Shown: piece after piece, positions 35,056 to 44,801 of the stretch | Layout: each line of letters begins with the position of its first letter | How positions within the stretch are numbered: the stretch's first letter is position 1 | NCBI GenBank assembly: GCA_944350275.1 | Contig: CALVOK010000043.1 | Span: forward strand, 24,411-88,410 | DNA length: 64,000 nucleotides | Reading direction: 5' to 3' | Source of the DNA: an uncultured Clostridia bacterium | Lineage (GTDB): Bacteria; Bacillota; Clostridia; Christensenellales; UBA1242 | Made by a program: the position numbers and the translations under genes | The notes under the pieces: generated by a model | What the model saw: the letters and a program-made list of their open reading frames with translations, nothing else | What the model was told of the DNA's origin: nothing | The model's database searches: none

Positions 35056-37149
35056 TTATTTAATAAATCTTATAAATTCAAAGTCAATTTTTCGTGTGTA
35101 GATGTTTGAGGCGGTTAGTTTTACAAGCACTTTTTCGCCGACAGCAAATGTCAGTCTTTGACCTTTGAGTTTAAGTTGTTTTTCAAAGAGCAAGAATCCG
35201 CTGTCATTTAAATCCTCAACCTTTATCATACCCTCGACGGTGTTTTCAAGTTCGACAAAAATGCCAAAGTTTGTCACTGATGAGATAACACCCTCAAACT
35301 GCTGTCCTATCTTATCTCGCATGAGGTAGGCTTTCCAGAGGTCGTCGACATCCCTCTCACACTTGTCAGCATTTTTCTCGGTTAGACTTGACTGCTCGCC
35401 TGCTTCAAAGGTGAAGTTTTCAAGTTCCTCGCGTCTTTCCCCTTTTATGCCTTTGTGGAGATTCTCCTTGATAATTCTATGAATTGTCAGGTCGGGATAA
35501 CGTCTTATTGGTGAGGTAAAATGGCAATAATATTTCAGTGCAAGACCAAAGTGTCCAAGACACTGATTGGTATATCTCGCCTTTTGCATAGAACGCAAAA
35601 TCACCTTGTTAACCGTCTCGGTATAGGCTTGTCCGTCGCAGAGTTTGATTAGATTTTGGTAGTACTCAGGTGTTATCTCCTCTGGCAGAGATGGAGTTTT
35701 TATCCCAAGCCCTTTCATATATTCAAGCACACTTTCAAGTTTCTCTTTTCGTGGACTTTCATGCACGCGGTATAAAAATGGTATATCATTATCACAATAC
35801 TCCTTTGCTACCGTCTGATTTGCTAGCACCATAAAATCCTCAATCAATCTATGTGCGTCATTTCGTTCACGTTTAGCAAAGTCTACCGCCATGCCATCTT
35901 GGTCAAAAATAAACTGCACCTCGGGTATCTCAAAGTCAAGGCTACCCTCGTTTTTCTTCCTTTCTTGAATTTTCTTTGACACCTCATGCATAAGCAGGAG
36001 TTGTTCTTTTACACTCTCCGTTTTCTCGTCCGCCTTTTCTCCGCAAAGTACCTTGTAGACATTAGTATAATTGAGTCTTGCCCTGCTTTTTATTACACTT
36101 TCACAAATCTTGTGAGAGATTACCCTTGCGTCTTTGTCAAGTGTCATTATGCAGGAAAGAGTTAGTCTCTCCACATTCTCATTGAGCGAGCAAATACCAT
36201 TTGAGAGTTCTTTCGGAAGCATTGGCAAAACTGAGGTTGGAAAATAAACACTTGTGCCACGATTGAAAGCCTCCTCGTCAAGCAAGGTATCATATTTAAC
36301 ATACTCGCCAACATCGGCAATATGTACACCTAAAATATAGCCATTTTCCGTCTTTTCAATGGATACCGCGTCATCAAGGTCCTTTGCATCCTCTCCGTCA
36401 ATGGTGAAAGTTATCTCACCCGTCAGGTCAAGTCTGCCTTTTTTCTGTGCAGGCTTAACCTCTTGAGAAATCTTCCTTGCCTCGTCAAGCACCTCCTGAG
36501 GAAAGGTCTCATAAAGTCCATGGTCGCGGATAATGGCAAGTTCGCAGGCTTTGACATCGTCGCTCTTGCCAAGAACCTCATCAACCACACCGCACAAGGT
36601 GGTACTATGACGAGAAAGACGCACAACAACTCGCTCATCCTCTTTTGCACTCAGTCCGCCTCTAATCAACCTAATTTTATATGGAATGTGGTTGTTATCA
36701 GGAGTGACGAAGAGGTTTCCGCCCACCTTTTCCACCACACCTGCAAGTTTGGTGACAGGTTTTACAATCTTGACAATCTGACCATCACTGCCCTCATCTG
36801 TCTGCGAGAGCACCTTGACAATAACTTTGTCTCCATCTATTGCTCCCATTTGGCAGTTCCCAGCAATAAAGATATCCTCCTCTTGCGAGTTTTCAATCTC
36901 CACAAAGCCATAGCCACGCGTGTTTCCTATAAAAACTCCTCTTTTGTATTCGTCATTAGGAACGGTTACATACTTTCCCTTTTTGACTTCAAAAATCTTG
37001 CCTTCCTGTTCCAGTTTCTTAAATGCCTTTTTTACCTCATTGATATCAAGGCTATAGGTATTTGCTAAAAAATAAAAAAGATTGTCTGTCTTTTTTAGTG
37101 ACAAACTATCTCTTTCTAAAAATTCTAAGATTTTGTCTTTTACCTGCAT
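35056..37149 (-). CDS. rnr: Ribonuclease R
   Basis: 697 aa with cold-shock/OB N-terminal region, RNB catalytic domain (DGEDAKDLDDAVS, HFGLA..YCHFTSPIRRYPDL) and a C-terminal S1 domain. Conserved secG-rnr-smpB-ssrA order. Confidence 0.93.
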   Translation of the reverse strand: MQVKDKILEFLERDSLSLKKTDNLFYFLANTYSLDINEVKKAFKKLEQEGKIFEVKKGKYVTVPNDEYKRGVFIGNTRGYGFVEIENSQEEDIFIAGNCQMGAIDGDKVIVKVLSQTDEGSDGQIVKIVKPVTKLAGVVEKVGGNLFVTPDNNHIPYKIRLIRGGLSAKEDERVVVRLSRHSTTLCGVVDEVLGKSDDVKACELAIIRDHGLYETFPQEVLDEARKISQEVKPAQKKGRLDLTGEITFTIDGEDAKDLDDAVSIEKTENGYILGVHIADVGEYVKYDTLLDEEAFNRGTSVYFPTSVLPMLPKELSNGICSLNENVERLTLSCIMTLDKDARVISHKICESVIKSRARLNYTNVYKVLCGEKADEKTESVKEQLLLMHEVSKKIQERKKNEGSLDFEIPEVQFIFDQDGMAVDFAKRERNDAHRLIEDFMVLANQTVAKEYCDNDIPFLYRVHESPRKEKLESVLEYMKGLGIKTPSLPEEITPEYYQNLIKLCDGQAYTETVNKVILRSMQKARYTNQCLGHFGLALKYYCHFTSPIRRYPDLTIHRIIKENLHKGIKGERREELENFTFEAGEQSSLTEKNADKCERDVDDLWKAYLMRDKIGQQFEGVISSVTNFGIFVELENTVEGMIKVEDLNDSGFLLFEKQLKLKGQRLTFAVGEKVLVKLTASNIYTRKIDFEFIRFIK

Positions 37150-37150
37150 C

Positions 37151-37459
37151 CTATTCGCTTGCCCCTGTACTTAAAAATATTTCGGTAACGAAGAACAAAA
37201 TCAAGCATATAAAGATTATAATAGCCATTGCAATTGTTATGCGTTTTAGCACACTATCACGCGAGGCGCCCTTGTTTTTAGAATAATAACTCTCCTGACT
37301 TGCACCAGTAAAGGCATCTAGACTCTTTGATGAATCATTCGCCTGCATAAGTGTGGTGACAATCATCACTATTGCACAGGCAATAATAAGTCCAAATAAA
37401 ACATATCTAATAATAGGCAAAGCATCCTGCCAAAAATAACTTAGTGTACCCTCAGTCAT
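37151..37459 (-). CDS. secG: Preprotein translocase subunit SecG (long form)
   Basis: Two TM helices separated by a LMQ...S.S....G.S...Y.K.K loop resembling Bacillota SecG. Sits immediately upstream of rnr, as in Bacillus. Confidence 0.65.
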   Translation of the reverse strand: MTEGTLSYFWQDALPIIRYVLFGLIIACAIVMIVTTLMQANDSSKSLDAFTGASQESYYSKNKGASRDSVLKRITIAMAIIIFICLILFFVTEIFLSTGASE

Positions 37460-37577
37460 TGAAAAAAATCTCCTTTTAGTTGCTAGTTGAAACTTTTGTC
37501 TTTTTAAAATTTTATCATTTAAGTATGAAGTATCTGTTAAGTATGAAATTTATCATTTTAGTATGAAAATTTATCTG

Positions 37578-37832
37578 TTACATATTTGACAAAATCAAAC
37601 AGAACCATGTGGTGAAGAGTGCCAAAATTACAACAAATATAATTTGAACCCATTTTATTTTAAATTTTCTGTCCGCTCTTGGTTTGAAGATTTGTGCAAG
37701 AAAGATATTGTAGAGCATGAATAACATTATTGCAACAAAAGCGACAACAAATATTATCACACCTGTGCGACCTAGACCTTCGCCTATTGACCGTCCCCAG
37801 TCATCTAAAAAACTGCATAGTAAACTGTTCAT
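37578..37832 (-). CDS. Small membrane protein (2 TM), unknown function
   Basis: 84-aa ORF with two long hydrophobic helices. Confidence 0.45.
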   Translation of the reverse strand: MNSLLCSFLDDWGRSIGEGLGRTGVIIFVVAFVAIMLFMLYNIFLAQIFKPRADRKFKIKWVQIIFVVILALFTTWFCLILSNM

Positions 37833-38142
37833 AACTCTCCTCTACGTCACTCGTGCACTTAAATTTTCACATACAAAGCATACTTACTATACTATTATAA
37901 ACATTTTTTAATTTTAGTCAATCATTTACGTTGATTTTTTATTAGGAATTTGCAAAAAAGAAGATATTTTGTTGTGTGTAACTGCTTTTTATAAAAACAA
38001 AAAGGTTTGCGACTAGAGAAGTTCTGTCAAAAATTTAGCAATTTTTTATTTTCAGAGTGTAAACTCTTAGGTTCCACAAAAACTCTGTGACCAATTTAAA
38101 CTTTAAAACCTATTGACCAATATTATTAGCAAAAATATGTTG

Positions 38143-38204
38143 AAAGAAAAATACTCTCCGCGTACTGCCTTTATTATGGAAGAACTATAAGGCTGTACAG
38201 AGAG
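38143..38204 (-). terminator. Imperfect long-hairpin terminator downstream of the 38224..38448 gene
   Basis: Minus-strand ctctc-t-gtac-a-gcc ... ggc-a-gtac-gcg-gagag followed by tatttttctttc. Confidence 0.45.
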
Positions 38205-38223
38205 CATTTTCTATATTAAACTT

Positions 38224-38448
38224 TTAAACGTTTAATATTCTCATTATTCGGCCATTTACAATCATAAGAACAAGGTCAATAAGCCATACAATCCAGAAAC
38301 CTAAGAATATTCTAAGGATTCCTGCTACTATTTTACCCTCGGCAATTCTTGTGATAATACCACAAATCCAAGCGGTAACAGGGATGATTGCAAGGATGAT
38401 ACTTACGACTCTTCCTAAGCCAAAATAATCTTTACCTATTTTTGCCAT
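38224..38448 (-). CDS. Small membrane protein (2-3 TM), unknown function
   Basis: 74-aa ORF, hydrophobic, with the RBS aggagggc before the ATG. Confidence 0.5.
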   Translation of the reverse strand: MAKIGKDYFGLGRVVSIILAIIPVTAWICGIITRIAEGKIVAGILRIFLGFWIVWLIDLVLMIVNGRIMRILNV

Positions 38449-38527
38449 AATGCCCTCCTAATTTTATTATACAACATTATTTTATGAATATCAATCATTT
38501 TTTGTCAAATTTTTAGATTTTTTTAGT

Positions 38528-39018
38528 TTATATGAGTTTGTCATACTGCTCATCGCTCACCTCTTCAAGCCATTCGTTTGAAGAGTTCTCGGCAGGAATT
38601 TCTATTGCAATGTGAGTGAAGCAACTATCCTTTTTCGCTCCATGCCAATGCTTGACTTCTGGCGCTATATAAACCACATCACCCTTTTTAAGTGAGCGAG
38701 CCTCTTTGCCCTCTTCCTGATACCAGCCCTCGCCGTCTGTGCAGAGAAATATCTGTCCACCTTTGTGATGAATGTGCCAATTGTTTCGACAACCTGGCTG
38801 GAACGTCACATTCGCAACAGGCACTCCTTTTGTGTTCAACATTTTAAGATAATTTTTCCCTATAAAGTATTTTGCAAAGGCGGTGTTCTCTTCACCTAAT
38901 CCAAAAACAGAGTCTGCCTCATTGTTTTCAATATCGTCATCACCTGCATATCATTTAGTTCTGCGAATTTTGGTGCAAGTTTGCCAAGATTTTTTCGTCC
39001 TGCTGTCTGTTTTACCAT
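38528..39018 (-). pseudogene. Decayed carboxymuconolactone-decarboxylase-type / cupin gene; the cupin core ORF (38528..38842) is still open
   Basis: A strong RBS plus the ATG at 39018 open MVKQTAGRKNLGKLAPKFAELND... (a typical CMD-family N-terminus), which stops after 40 codons. In another frame ...DDDIENNEADSVFGLGEENTAFAKYFIGKNYLKMLNTKGVPVANVTFQPGCRNNWHIHH... continues into the cupin ORF. The total span of 491 nt is not a multiple of 3. Confidence 0.5.
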
Positions 39019-39159
39019 AACTTCCTCTTATCAGAAAAATTATATCAAATCTCCTATAAAAAACAAAATATTTTAAGTTTACAAGTATTTTAACAGGAAA
39101 ATTTTGTCCTAACCTATAGCATTGTTTTATTTTTCAATTTGTGGACTTACTTTTACATT

Positions 39160-39486
39160 TTAAATTATATCAATATCAAAAATATCGTCAAAGTCAATCT
39201 TTTTATTGTCTATTTCAAGTGTTCTTTCTTCAAAGAGAATTTTGCACCTGCCCTCCACCTCTTTATAATGCCCATCGTCATAATAATTTAGTCGAATTTT
39301 GTCGTTTTTTGTCAAATTTAATAAAATTTTGGTTATTTTTTCAATTTTTTCCTCGTCTAAGTCACCTTTTTCCACTCGTTCGTGCTGATACTCTTTAAGT
39401 CTTAGTGCCTGCGAAAGTCCTTTGAGTGCGTCAAAGGGCATGAATTGTTTTGCTCGGTCGCCTCTTGGCATTTTAACTCTCGCCAC
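39160..39486 (-). CDS. YolD-like protein (partner of the Y-family polymerase)
   Basis: PRGDRAKQFMPFDALKGL... is the YolD-like signature. It overlaps or abuts the 3' end of the polymerase gene, like the B. subtilis yqjW-yqjX and uvrX-yolD pairs. The start is the GTG at 39486 or the ATG at 39471. Confidence 0.75.
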   Translation of the reverse strand: MARVKMPRGDRAKQFMPFDALKGLSQALRLKEYQHERVEKGDLDEEKIEKITKILLNLTKNDKIRLNYYDDGHYKEVEGRCKILFEERTLEIDNKKIDFDDIFDIDII

Positions 39487-40741
39487 TGTTATGTCCTCCT
39501 ATAAGTTTGTTTCGCTCAATCTGCGTCGCATTTTCTCTAAAATCTATACCCTTTAGCATGGAATTCTTGCCAAATTTCTCCTTAATTGCAAGCACACTTT
39601 CAACAAGCCTCTTCTCCTTTTTAACCTTTTCCATATCGGTAAATAAGTCGTACTGCTCATGGGTTAGGTCTTGAAGTTCACAAAAATCTATTCCAATTTT
39701 TCGTATCGGTCTCGACCTATCAACAATCTTTGAAAAGAGTTTTTCAACTGCCTCTTCCATAAAAGAATAGAGATTTGTCGTATTGTTTATCCTCTCGCTT
39801 CCCTTTACAATCTCCCTCTCGCCGTCACCATAACCTATATAGATATGTAATAGATTTGTTACATACCCATATTTATATAGATGATAACATCCGTTTTGGA
39901 GCATCTCTTTGATTACCGTCAGTCCGTCTTTGAAGTTGTAGTTCTTTGGTAAAATCTGCATATTTGACATTGACTTCTTCTTGGTCTTATAGTTTTTTAT
40001 ATCCGCTATCGTGCAACTCTCTTTTCCCCATGCGTGATCAATCAAAAGTTCGGCATTTATTCCAAATTCTCTATAGAGCATATCCTCATTTGCGTGCGCG
40101 ATGCCATACATATCATATATGCCATGTCTCTTCAGTCTCTCTTCAGTCCCCTTTGAAATCTGCCAAAAGTCTGTTATAGGTCTATGATGCCAAAGTTTCT
40201 CTTTGTAGGTGTTCTCGTCAAGAAGTCCTATAAAGTCAGGACTGTGTTTTGCGGTTATGTCTAGGGCAATTTTTGCTAGGTACATATTCGTTCCTATCCC
40301 AGCAGTGCTTGGTATGTGGAGTTTCTCCCTAATCTCGCCCATCAGTTTTTGGGCAAACTCTTTCGCACCTAACTTGTAAAGTTTTAAGTAGTCGGTCGCA
40401 TCAATAAAGCACTCGTCAATTGAATAGACGTGTATGTCGTTTTTGTCAATAAATTTAAGATAAATTCCGTAGATTTCGCTTGCATATTCAATATATTTCT
40501 TCATTTGCGGTTTTGCAACAATGTATTGTATATCTTTTGGAATCTCAAAAAGTCTGCAACGATTATGCACCCCCTGTGCCTTTAATTTCGGTGTAACCGC
40601 AAGACAAATGGCACCCTCTCCACGTGACGAGTCGGCTACGACAAGATTAGTCTCAAAAGGGTCAAGTCCTCTTTCGGCACACTCCACAGAGGCAAAAAAA
40701 GTTTTCATATCTATAACAAAATAAACTTTATTTTCCTGCAT
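39473..40741 (-). CDS. Y-family (translesion) DNA polymerase, UmuC/YqjW-like
   Basis: 422 aa with FVIDMKTFFASVECAERGLDP (catalytic Asp region), SIDECFID and little-finger-like C-terminus. Confidence 0.88.
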   Translation of the reverse strand: MQENKVYFVIDMKTFFASVECAERGLDPFETNLVVADSSRGEGAICLAVTPKLKAQGVHNRCRLFEIPKDIQYIVAKPQMKKYIEYASEIYGIYLKFIDKNDIHVYSIDECFIDATDYLKLYKLGAKEFAQKLMGEIREKLHIPSTAGIGTNMYLAKIALDITAKHSPDFIGLLDENTYKEKLWHHRPITDFWQISKGTEERLKRHGIYDMYGIAHANEDMLYREFGINAELLIDHAWGKESCTIADIKNYKTKKKSMSNMQILPKNYNFKDGLTVIKEMLQNGCYHLYKYGYVTNLLHIYIGYGDGEREIVKGSERINNTTNLYSFMEEAVEKLFSKIVDRSRPIRKIGIDFCELQDLTHEQYDLFTDMEKVKKEKRLVESVLAIKEKFGKNSMLKGIDFRENATQIERNKLIGGHNSGES

Positions 40742-40916
40742 ATCAATATTTTAATAGATTTATATCATTTTTGCAAGTTTAAATAAAAAATAACATAAAA
40801 AATTGAAATGGAATAAAAATTGCAATTTAAACTTATCACCTTTTAATTATAAAAAAACTCGGAAAAGTAGTAATATTTTTAGCAATTTAAGTTAAATTGT
40901 GATATAATAGACTAAC

Positions 40917-40992
40917 CGAGATGTAGCACAGGTGGTAGTGCGCATGGTTCGGGACCATGAGGTCGTGGGTTCGAGTCCCACCATTTCGACCA
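40917..40992 (+). tRNA. tRNA-Pro (anticodon CGG)
   Basis: Acceptor CGAGATG/CATTTCG (one G-U pair), D-arm GCAC/GTGC, anticodon stem CATGG/CCATG with loop TTCGGGA, T-loop TTCGAGT, encoded CCA. Confidence 0.88.
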
Positions 40993-41125
40993 AGAAAAAA
41001 AATGCCTTTCTACCTATTTAACTTTCCAAGTTCTATAAAAAATTGACTTTTATTATAAAACGCTAAAATTAAGATAAAACTTGAAAATTTAACTAAAAAA
41101 CGGAAAATTTCATTAAAAAAGGTAA

Positions 41126-41614
41126 AATTTTATTAAAAAACGGACTGCAACTAGAAAATTTAGTGACAAAGAAGTTTCAAAAGAGTTTTTACAAAAGATT
41201 TTAGAGGCTGGCAGACTTGCACCAACTGCTAAAAATCAACAACCCCAAAAAATCTATGTTTGTCTGTCAAAGGACTCTCTTCAGAAGATTGATGAGGTAA
41301 CACCTTGCAGATACAACGCACCCGTTTGTTTGCTTGTTTGTTCTGATAAAAATCTTACTTGGTCAAAAGGCAACTACTCTACCTATGAAATGGATGCCTG
41401 CATTGTTGCAACTCATATGATTTTAGAGGCAACAAACCTAGGCGTTGACTCTGTATGGGTACGAAATTTTAATGCCGAAGAGGTAAAAAGAGTTTTTGAA
41501 CTGCCAGAGACAGTAGAGCCTATTTGCATTATCCCTCTTGGTTATGCGGATGAAAATTACAAAGGCAACCCCCTTCACGCAATAAGAAAACCTCTTGAAG
41601 AGACGGTACAATAA
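41126..41614 (+). CDS. Nitroreductase-family protein lacking a canonical start codon (possible pseudogene or non-ATG start)
   Basis: The in-frame stretch from 41126 reads NFIKKRTATRKFSDKEVSKEFLQKILEAGRLAPTAKNQQPQKIYV...GYADENY, a typical nitroreductase from its very N-terminus. A TAA stop at 41123 precedes it, and no ATG/GTG/TTG occurs before the TTG at 41330. Confidence 0.6.
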   Translation, partial: NFIKKRTATRKFSDKEVSKEFLQKILEAGRLAPTAKNQQPQKIYVCLSKDSLQKIDEVTPCRYNAPVCLLVCSDKNLTWSKGNYSTYEMDACIVATHMILEATNLGVDSVWVRNFNAEEVKRVFELPETVEPICIIPLGYADENYKGNPLHAIRKPLEETVQ

Positions 41615-41934
41615 TTATAATAGAGAGTTTTGTGACACTCTTTCAAATTATTGAAAAGGGATAAATTTTAATAATAATATTTTATCCCTTAAAACACATA
41701 AATTTTAAAAATAGTTTTTTATCTTTTTAGATTATTTAAAAAATATTGTTATTTTTATCTTTTTAGATACACAAATCTTGAAAATAATGCTATTTTTATC
41801 TCCAAAAACACACATATTCTTGAGGATAATACATTTAAAAATATAGCAACTTTAGAAAAAAATGTTAAATCATTTTGGTAATTTTTGATTGTGTGCTAAA
41901 ATAATATTGCTCGGAGAAAAACCGAGGGATATAC

Positions 41935-42008
41935 GCAGGTATAATTTAGTGGTAAAATGTGTGCTTCCCAAGCACAATTCGCGGGTCCGATTCCCGCTAC
42001 CTGCTCCA
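41935..42008 (+). tRNA. tRNA-Gly (anticodon CCC)
   Basis: Acceptor GCAGGTA/TACCTGC, anticodon stem TGTGC/GCACA with loop TTCCCAA, T-arm GCGGG/CCCGC, discriminator T, encoded CCA. Confidence 0.88.
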
Positions 42009-42020
42009 TATATTTTTTTA

Positions 42021-42057
42021 ATACTAGATATTTTACTTTATCTAGTATTTTTATTTT
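42021..42057 (+). terminator. Rho-independent terminator after tRNA-Gly
   Basis: 10-bp stem atactagata/tatctagtat (42021-42030/42039-42048) followed by a T-run. Confidence 0.75.
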
Positions 42058-42126
42058 TAAAATTTTTGCTTTATTTTCTATTTTTTGAAAAAAGTTTAGT
42101 CAAAAGTTTAGTCAAAACAATTTTTC

Positions 42127-43884
42127 TTACTCCACTGTTACACTTTTGGCGAGATTTCGAGGCTTATCTGGATTATTGCCCTTTTCAAGTGCAGTGAAGT
42201 AAGCCAGTTTTTGCAGGCTTAAGATAGTTTGCATTGGCATAAGTGTGTTTGGCAGGTTTGTTATTCTTATTATGCTATCAAAATTTTTCTCAACATCACT
42301 ATCTACAAATAGGCTGGTGACTAGGACTAGGTGCCCACCTCGCGACCTTATCTCGCAGACATTGTTTATTGTCTTTGCAAAGAGTTTTTCATCTGTTGCA
42401 ACTACTATGACTAGCACATTCTCATCAACAAGGGCAAGAGTGCCATGTTTAAGTTCGCCACTTGGAAGTGCTGAACTAAAAATATATGTTATCTCTTTGA
42501 GTTTTAGTGACGCCTCCTTTGCGGTTATAAAGTCATTTCCTCTGCCTATAAAAAAGACATTTTTATAATTACATATCTGTTTTGCTATCTTTTTTAGGAT
42601 ATTGTCATCACCAAAATCTATATTATGACTAAGCGACTTTAAAGGTTTTTCGTAACTTTCGCCTTTTAGATAATTTGTCAATATAAACAGCAAGGTGCAC
42701 TGTGCAAAATATGCCTTGGTGGACGCCACCGCTCTCTCCTGCCCTGCAAAGATTGGGAGAACAATCTCCGCTTTTTTCGCTATAGTGGAGTACTCGACAT
42801 TTGTGATTGCCACAATTTTTCCTCCTTTCTCTTTGCAGTATTCAAGTGCGGAAATGGTATCTGCCGTCTCGCCACTCTGCGAGATAAAAATACACAGACT
42901 TTTTTCGTCAATGCTGTAATTTTTATTTTTAAACTCACTTGCAACCTCGCAAAATATGTCAATATTGAAAGACTTTCTTAAAAAACTCTCCCCCATAAGT
43001 CCTGCATGGTAGGCGGTCCCACAACCTACCAAATACACTCTGTCAAACTCGAAGTTTTTTATCTCTTCAAGTTTACTTTTTAAGCCCACCGACTGATATT
43101 TTTTTATTAGGTTTTCAAGAACAATTCGGCTTTGATATATCTCCTTTATCATATAGTGTTCATAACCTGATTTATCCTCGCTTAAAAAGTCAAAATCAAG
43201 CAATTTTTCTTCTTTATTGATTTTTTCATCATTTTTGTTAAAAATAACAGTGTTTTTTAGCGAAATTTTGCCATAATCACCATCATCAAGTTCAATATAA
43301 CTTTTGCTATAGCCAACAAAACATGATGGGTCACTTGCTATAATCACGCAGTCATCACCTTTTGACAGATAAAGTGGACTTTTATTTTTTGCAAAATAGA
43401 GATAGTCGCCACTCTTTGATAACATCACAAAAGCATAAGAGCCAACAAGATTTTTTAAAACTCTTCTTAGTGATGATATAGACAAGTTATCAAACATTTT
43501 TGCCACAACTTCACTGTCCGTTTGCCCACAGCACTCTATTTTACGTAAATTTAACTGCTCCCTTAACTGCTCAAAATTTTCAATTATGCCATTATGAACA
43601 AGTGCAATATCACAGTTGTTTGAAAAATGTGGATGGGTGTTCTCAAGTGAAATCTTACCATGGGTCGCCCAACGAGTGTGAGCAATTCCTAGACCGAACT
43701 GCTCATTTAACTTCACCTTGCTTGCAAGGCTTGACACCTCGCCAATCTCTTTATATGTAATAAACTCGCCTCCCCTGCATACCGTCATACCTGCCGAGTC
43801 GTATCCGCGATACTCAACTTTTTTAAGTCCCTCAAGTAAAATTCGCTCAGGGTTCTTGCCAATATAACCTATAATTCCGCACAT
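42127..43884 (-). CDS. glmS: Glutamine--fructose-6-phosphate aminotransferase (isomerizing)
   Basis: MCGIIGYIG N-terminal nucleophile, two SIS domains, C-terminal ...LAKSVTVE. 585 aa. Confidence 0.95.
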   Translation of the reverse strand: MCGIIGYIGKNPERILLEGLKKVEYRGYDSAGMTVCRGGEFITYKEIGEVSSLASKVKLNEQFGLGIAHTRWATHGKISLENTHPHFSNNCDIALVHNGIIENFEQLREQLNLRKIECCGQTDSEVVAKMFDNLSISSLRRVLKNLVGSYAFVMLSKSGDYLYFAKNKSPLYLSKGDDCVIIASDPSCFVGYSKSYIELDDGDYGKISLKNTVIFNKNDEKINKEEKLLDFDFLSEDKSGYEHYMIKEIYQSRIVLENLIKKYQSVGLKSKLEEIKNFEFDRVYLVGCGTAYHAGLMGESFLRKSFNIDIFCEVASEFKNKNYSIDEKSLCIFISQSGETADTISALEYCKEKGGKIVAITNVEYSTIAKKAEIVLPIFAGQERAVASTKAYFAQCTLLFILTNYLKGESYEKPLKSLSHNIDFGDDNILKKIAKQICNYKNVFFIGRGNDFITAKEASLKLKEITYIFSSALPSGELKHGTLALVDENVLVIVVATDEKLFAKTINNVCEIRSRGGHLVLVTSLFVDSDVEKNFDSIIRITNLPNTLMPMQTILSLQKLAYFTALEKGNNPDKPRNLAKSVTVE

Positions 43885-44017
43885 AAAAAACTCCTTAAAA
43901 ATATTTTTATAAGATATCTTATGAGGAAAGATTAATTTAGTTGAATTGTTGCATTAAATTTTGCTAAAAAAAGAAACAAAAGAAATTCTTATTCATAAAA
44001 AAATATATGAGGAGAAC

Positions 44018-44629
44018 ATGACAAGATTTTTAAATAAAAAGAGTTGTTTTATTGGCAAAAATGTCAAGTTTGGCAAGAATGTCACAATCTACGAAAATAA
44101 CCACATTGATGGACAGTGCTATATTGGAGATGGTTGTGTTCTTTTGCCTGGTAACTTTATCTCAGATAGCCAAATTGGTAAAAACTGCACAATAGTGTCA
44201 AGTGTTATTGAAAAAAGCACAGTTTTTGACAATGTGTCAATTGGGCCTTTTGCAAGAGTTCGCCCTCAAACTAAAATTTTTAACAACTGCAAAATAGGCA
44301 ATTTTGTCGAGATAAAAAACAGTAGCATAGGGAAAAACACCAAAATAAGTCATCTTGCATATGTAGGTGATAGCGAGATAGGAGATGACTGCAATATTGG
44401 CTGTGGGGTTATCTTTGCAAACTATAATGGCAAATGCAAAAATAAATGCAAGGTCGGCAGGCACGTCTTTATTGGCTCTAATTGCAACATAATCGCACCT
44501 GTAAATATAGAAGATGATAGTTTTATCTGTGCTGGTACGACGGTTACACAGGATGTAAAAAAGGATGACTTTGTTATTGGGCGAGCAAGGCAGGAAAACA
44601 AACCTAATAAGGCAGGCAAGTATTGGTAA
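44018..44629 (+). CDS. Left-handed beta-helix acetyltransferase equivalent to the C-terminal (GlcN-1-P acetyltransferase) domain of GlmU; no uridylyltransferase domain
   Basis: The ATG at 44018 is preferred (RBS gaggag). Hexapeptide repeats, with HLAYVGDSEIGDDCNIGCGVIFANYNGKCKNKCKVGRHVFIGSNCNIIAPV matching the GlmU C-domain pattern. Only about 203 aa. Confidence 0.7.
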   Translation: MTRFLNKKSCFIGKNVKFGKNVTIYENNHIDGQCYIGDGCVLLPGNFISDSQIGKNCTIVSSVIEKSTVFDNVSIGPFARVRPQTKIFNNCKIGNFVEIKNSSIGKNTKISHLAYVGDSEIGDDCNIGCGVIFANYNGKCKNKCKVGRHVFIGSNCNIIAPVNIEDDSFICAGTTVTQDVKKDDFVIGRARQENKPNKAGKYW

Positions 44630-44801
44630 AAATATATAAAAAATAACAAAAAATTAAAAAATTGTTGAAAAAATTATTAAAAATATAAAAAATATTTAAA
44701 AAATAAAAATTATTCAAAAATATGATAAAAAATAATAATTAAATTTTTTCGACAATATTTTCAAATAAAAATACATTATTTTATTAATTTAAGGAGAAAA
44801 A

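Noticed and set aside
41700-41830. Three degenerate ~42-bp repeats (t[gt]ttatttttatct...) upstream of tRNA-Gly as a functional array.
   Set aside because: The copies are too diverged and irregular to separate from general AT-rich low complexity. This is noted only as possibly related to the T-tract word arrays.
43885-44017. A glmS ribozyme in the glmS leader.
   Set aside because: The leader is only about 133 nt and very AT-rich. It lacks the conserved GC-rich core helices expected of the ribozyme. A covariance-model scan would be the decisive test.
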